DNA of 63,473 bases, the filler included, from Octopus bimaculoides (Eukaryota), in NCBI RefSeq assembly GCF_001194135.2. It is 8 parts of 7 records of this genome, joined end to end, with 100 filler letters (N's around TTAATTAATTAA, not from the genome) between each part and the next. Parts side by side here need not be neighbours in the genome. Positions count along the whole stretch, not along the records: positions 58,929 to 63,473 come from NC_068995.1; 7 more parts are not named here. The stretch is one strand, 5' to 3'. Position 1 is the first letter of the stretch, and every line of letters starts with the position of its first letter. The notes under the pieces were generated by a model. The model was not told the DNA's origin. It worked only from the letters and a program-made list of their open reading frames with translations, and searched no databases. The position numbers and the translations under genes were made by a program. This document shows, in pieces, positions 61,559-63,473 of this stretch.

Positions 61559-61635
61559 ATCTCTGAAGAGCAAGTGTATTTAGTTAACTGTTCTTCCAGT
61601 TATCAAATACCCAATGCGAAACGGATTGGTAAGAT
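61559..61635 (+). ncRNA. Type I hammerhead ribozyme motif with intact core and weak stems I and III
   Basis: ATCT-CTGAAGA(61563-69)-long stem II (GCA/TGC, GTATTT/AAATAC, TAACTG/CAGTTA)-GAAA(61618-21)-CGGATTGG-TA-AGAT. Confidence 0.7.
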
Positions 61636-61785
61636 CGGTGGAAATGGATCTGTAATGCTGTATACTTTGGTCTATATACTCACTCTATAAACTTACTCTT
61701 GTGACAAATACACGAGAGCATATGTTTTCCAACTTAAGCATTCTTAGAGAACTATATGCATGTATGTATTTATGTAAGCATGTAG

Positions 61786-61832
<47 letters not shown>

Positions 61833-61865
61833 CGTACATATATGCATACATATATATACACATTT

Positions 61866-61898
<33 letters not shown>

Positions 61899-62374
61899 CG
61901 CACATATATGCATACATATATATACACATATATACATATACATATATACATACATATACATATATATATATATATATATGCATAAATAATCTATGAAATT
62001 GCCCGATTTCATGCTTTTGCTTTTATCAATTTAACAGTAGTTGAATGATTTTACTTCAATCTCTATTTTTTTATTTTTTAAATTTTATTTGCTTGTTATA
62101 GACTGTTTTGCTTCCTGTTTATGTCAGTCACTGTATGGCCTCTCGAACATGTCTGATAGTTTGCACTTAAACTGAAAAAAATAAAACATATACACAAAAA
62201 GAAAGAAAAAAAAAGATTGAAAAGAAATTATATTTAAGAAGTGTCACCTTATACATATGCATATATGCATGGATATACATTCATACAAAAACATATATAT
62301 CCGTATGCATATGTCTGTAAATATAAGTAAATGTGTGTATGCATGACATGTATACATGCATGTCTGTGTGTGTG

Positions 62375-62489
<115 letters not shown>

Positions 62490-63050
62490 ATACGCATTTA
62501 TAATTGAAAAAATAATAAAAGAACTATATATTTCTTTTATTATATCTTTCAATTCTTTTGGCCAACCATCAAACCTACGCCAACGTACTCTCCGCGCCTT
62601 TATAAAAGTTTAAACCTTTTATAATTGCATCGGTAAAAGATCACACCTTATAATAAAAAAAATATAGCGTGACTGCATTTAGGTGTGACTAATTCACTGA
62701 AAGTACACCAAAACACCACCACTGGATATTATGCATGGCGTATTAAATATTCTAAAAAGCAAACATGCAGCGATCTTCTCCATGCTTCAGCACAGCATAA
62801 AATACATTCGGTAATATTCAACCAGCTTTTAAGTCGTCACATCAATTCAATTTAACACATCGTTGCTGTTGTCTGCTGCAAATTGGCAAAGAAAACAAAA
62901 ATACAAAAGAAGAACAAAAAGTCAGACAACATGAAAAGGGCATAGAACTTTCTTGAATGTTAAAAAAAAAATAAAATAAAATGGAACAATTCAGACGATA
63001 TGAACATGTGTATGTGTCTGAGTACCTGTACACATTCACATTTGTATCAT

Positions 63051-63091
<41 letters not shown>

Positions 63092-63473
63092 TACGCATAT
63101 AAGTGTGTATGTATACATTTATGTATATACGCATATATGTATACATGTATGTGTGTGTATGTGTTATATATATATACATACACATACACACACATATATA
63201 CACATAAACACAAAACACACACATACATATGCATATTTGCATGTATGCGTGCGTGTGCTTGTATGTATAAAATTAGTCACCGAGGACAAAGCGCAGGGAC
63301 ATCGCCCTCTTGAAAAGAGGTTCGAATTGAGTGCTTACGTCTTTTGTTTAAGACTCGTCGATGTTAGTTTACTTATATTTGGTACAAACGCATATACCTA
63401 AATACATCCATACATACATAGACAATCACACACATATGCACACAGGTATACGCATATTTATATATATATATAT

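Overview
AT-rich, microsatellite-dense eukaryotic DNA with many N gaps. The repeat content and the N-flanked TTAATTAATTAA spacers suggest an Octopus draft assembly (inference). Bases 131-11022 (+) hold the last 13 coding exons of a classical penta-EF-hand calpain large subunit (end of protease core, CBSW/C2-like domain, PEF domain, stop). I spliced them by hand into one open frame of 387 whole codons plus stop. One intron (7024-7250) has U12-type minor-spliceosome signals. The remaining ~52 kb shows no host gene I can support and consists of decayed mobile elements: several tRNA-derived SINE families, mariner, maT and Tigger/pogo relics, MITEs, three long foldback palindromes, a near-complete Tx1/L1-clade LINE, Dong/R4 and RTE LINE pieces, Penelope-like GIY-YIG relics and a ~3.2 kb CpG-saturated tetranucleotide satellite. 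The main unexpected signal is a set of type I hammerhead ribozyme motifs with short palindromic stem III. One has an intact core and lies on the sense strand of a calpain intron (2684-2769), a second has an intact core at 61559-61635, and several are decayed relics. All assignments are by eye; no database searches or folding programs were run.
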